In this document: piece after piece, positions 63,640 through 64,000 of the stretch
Numbering within the stretch: position 1 is the first letter of the stretch
How the letters are laid out: each line of letters begins with the position of its first letter
Assembly (NCBI GenBank): GCA_036004365.1
Contig: DASYRN010000045.1
Span: 7,637-71,636, forward strand
Length of the DNA stretch: 64,000 bases
From: Candidatus Binatia bacterium
GTDB taxonomy: Bacteria; Desulfobacterota; Binatia; UBA9968
Direction of reading: 5' to 3'
Translations under genes and position numbers: made by a program
Notes under the pieces: model-generated
The model's input: the letters and a program-made list of their open reading frames with translations, nothing else
Databases searched by the model: none
Told to the model about the DNA's origin: nothing

Positions 63640-64000
63640 GTGTTTCTCCTTGGATATTTGCTCAGTGAGCCAATCTGTGGATTGATGAGGACGGCCGTAA
63701 ACAGTTTGGGGGTAGTACTATCTAATCCTCGCTTGAGAAACTTGCTTAAAATTGCGACGCAAATTTAATACCATCCCGTACGTCATTGATTTCATTGGAT
63801 ACCAATGTTTCTGAGTTGGATCTCTGACTGCAATTCCCTACATTTGTTGTTCGGCTTCGACGTTGATCTACTTCCATCTTTCTAGAACGTCACAGTTGAT
63901 CGCCAAACTATCGTGTGATAGTTCGATATCGGCTGTAAATTCCTGGAAGGACCATGAAAAGATTCTCTTTGTCAGAATAATGATCATTGAACGGAGTGTC

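Noticed and set aside
1-64000. Search for tRNA, rRNA, tmRNA, RNase P RNA, transposases, integrases and prophage genes
   Set aside because: I found no GTTCGAATC-type T-arm within a cloverleaf-sized context, no rRNA-like conserved blocks and no GAGGAAAGTCC RNase P core. No DDE or tyrosine-recombinase-like ORF was seen. A by-eye scan cannot exclude small ncRNAs.

Overview
Bacterial chromosomal window, moderately GC-rich. I recognised no rRNA, tRNA, CRISPR array, transposase or integrase. Positions 1-16.6 kb form a dense + strand housekeeping block: cpoB (5' cut by the window edge), ribF, rluD, rho, rpsB-tsf-pyrH-frr-uppS-cdsA-dxr-rseP, tsaB and DUF465-ilvB-ilvN. Positions 16.7-40.4 kb look accessory, with short genes on both strands and long non-coding spacers. 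They include secreted proteins and lipoproteins, a reduced pqiAB-like pair, an RRM RNA-binding protein, an S1/P1 nuclease, a Zn-ribbon/NERD/BON fusion, an operon pairing a KTI12/PSTK-like P-loop kinase with a Cys-based dual-specificity phosphatase, YciI plus a YciI remnant, pyruvoyl arginine decarboxylase and HU. Positions 40.4-51.2 kb form a metabolic island. It holds an LLM/F420-type oxidoreductase, a same-strand cluster (GlcG-like, cytoplasmic RdhA/QueG-superfamily protein, core-only RdhA paralogue, ferredoxin-GlcG fusion), MmgE/PrpD, and four solute-binding proteins with no permease or ATPase genes. Positions 51.2-64 kb are mixed: a PaxB/Pyr4-like membrane protein, dinB, VOC and LLM enzymes, an M48 protease and an FKBP. 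Three things stand out. (1) Nearly every longer spacer is built from degenerate repeats with a strict 7-nt period, often as inverted arrays, plus a dispersed 14-bp perfect palindrome. (2) The RdhA-like/GlcG cluster may be a corrinoid enzyme with dedicated cofactor-handling partners. (3) The kinase-phosphatase operon sits next to the NERD-BON gene. All family assignments come from reading motifs by eye and from memory of family sequences. No database search was run.
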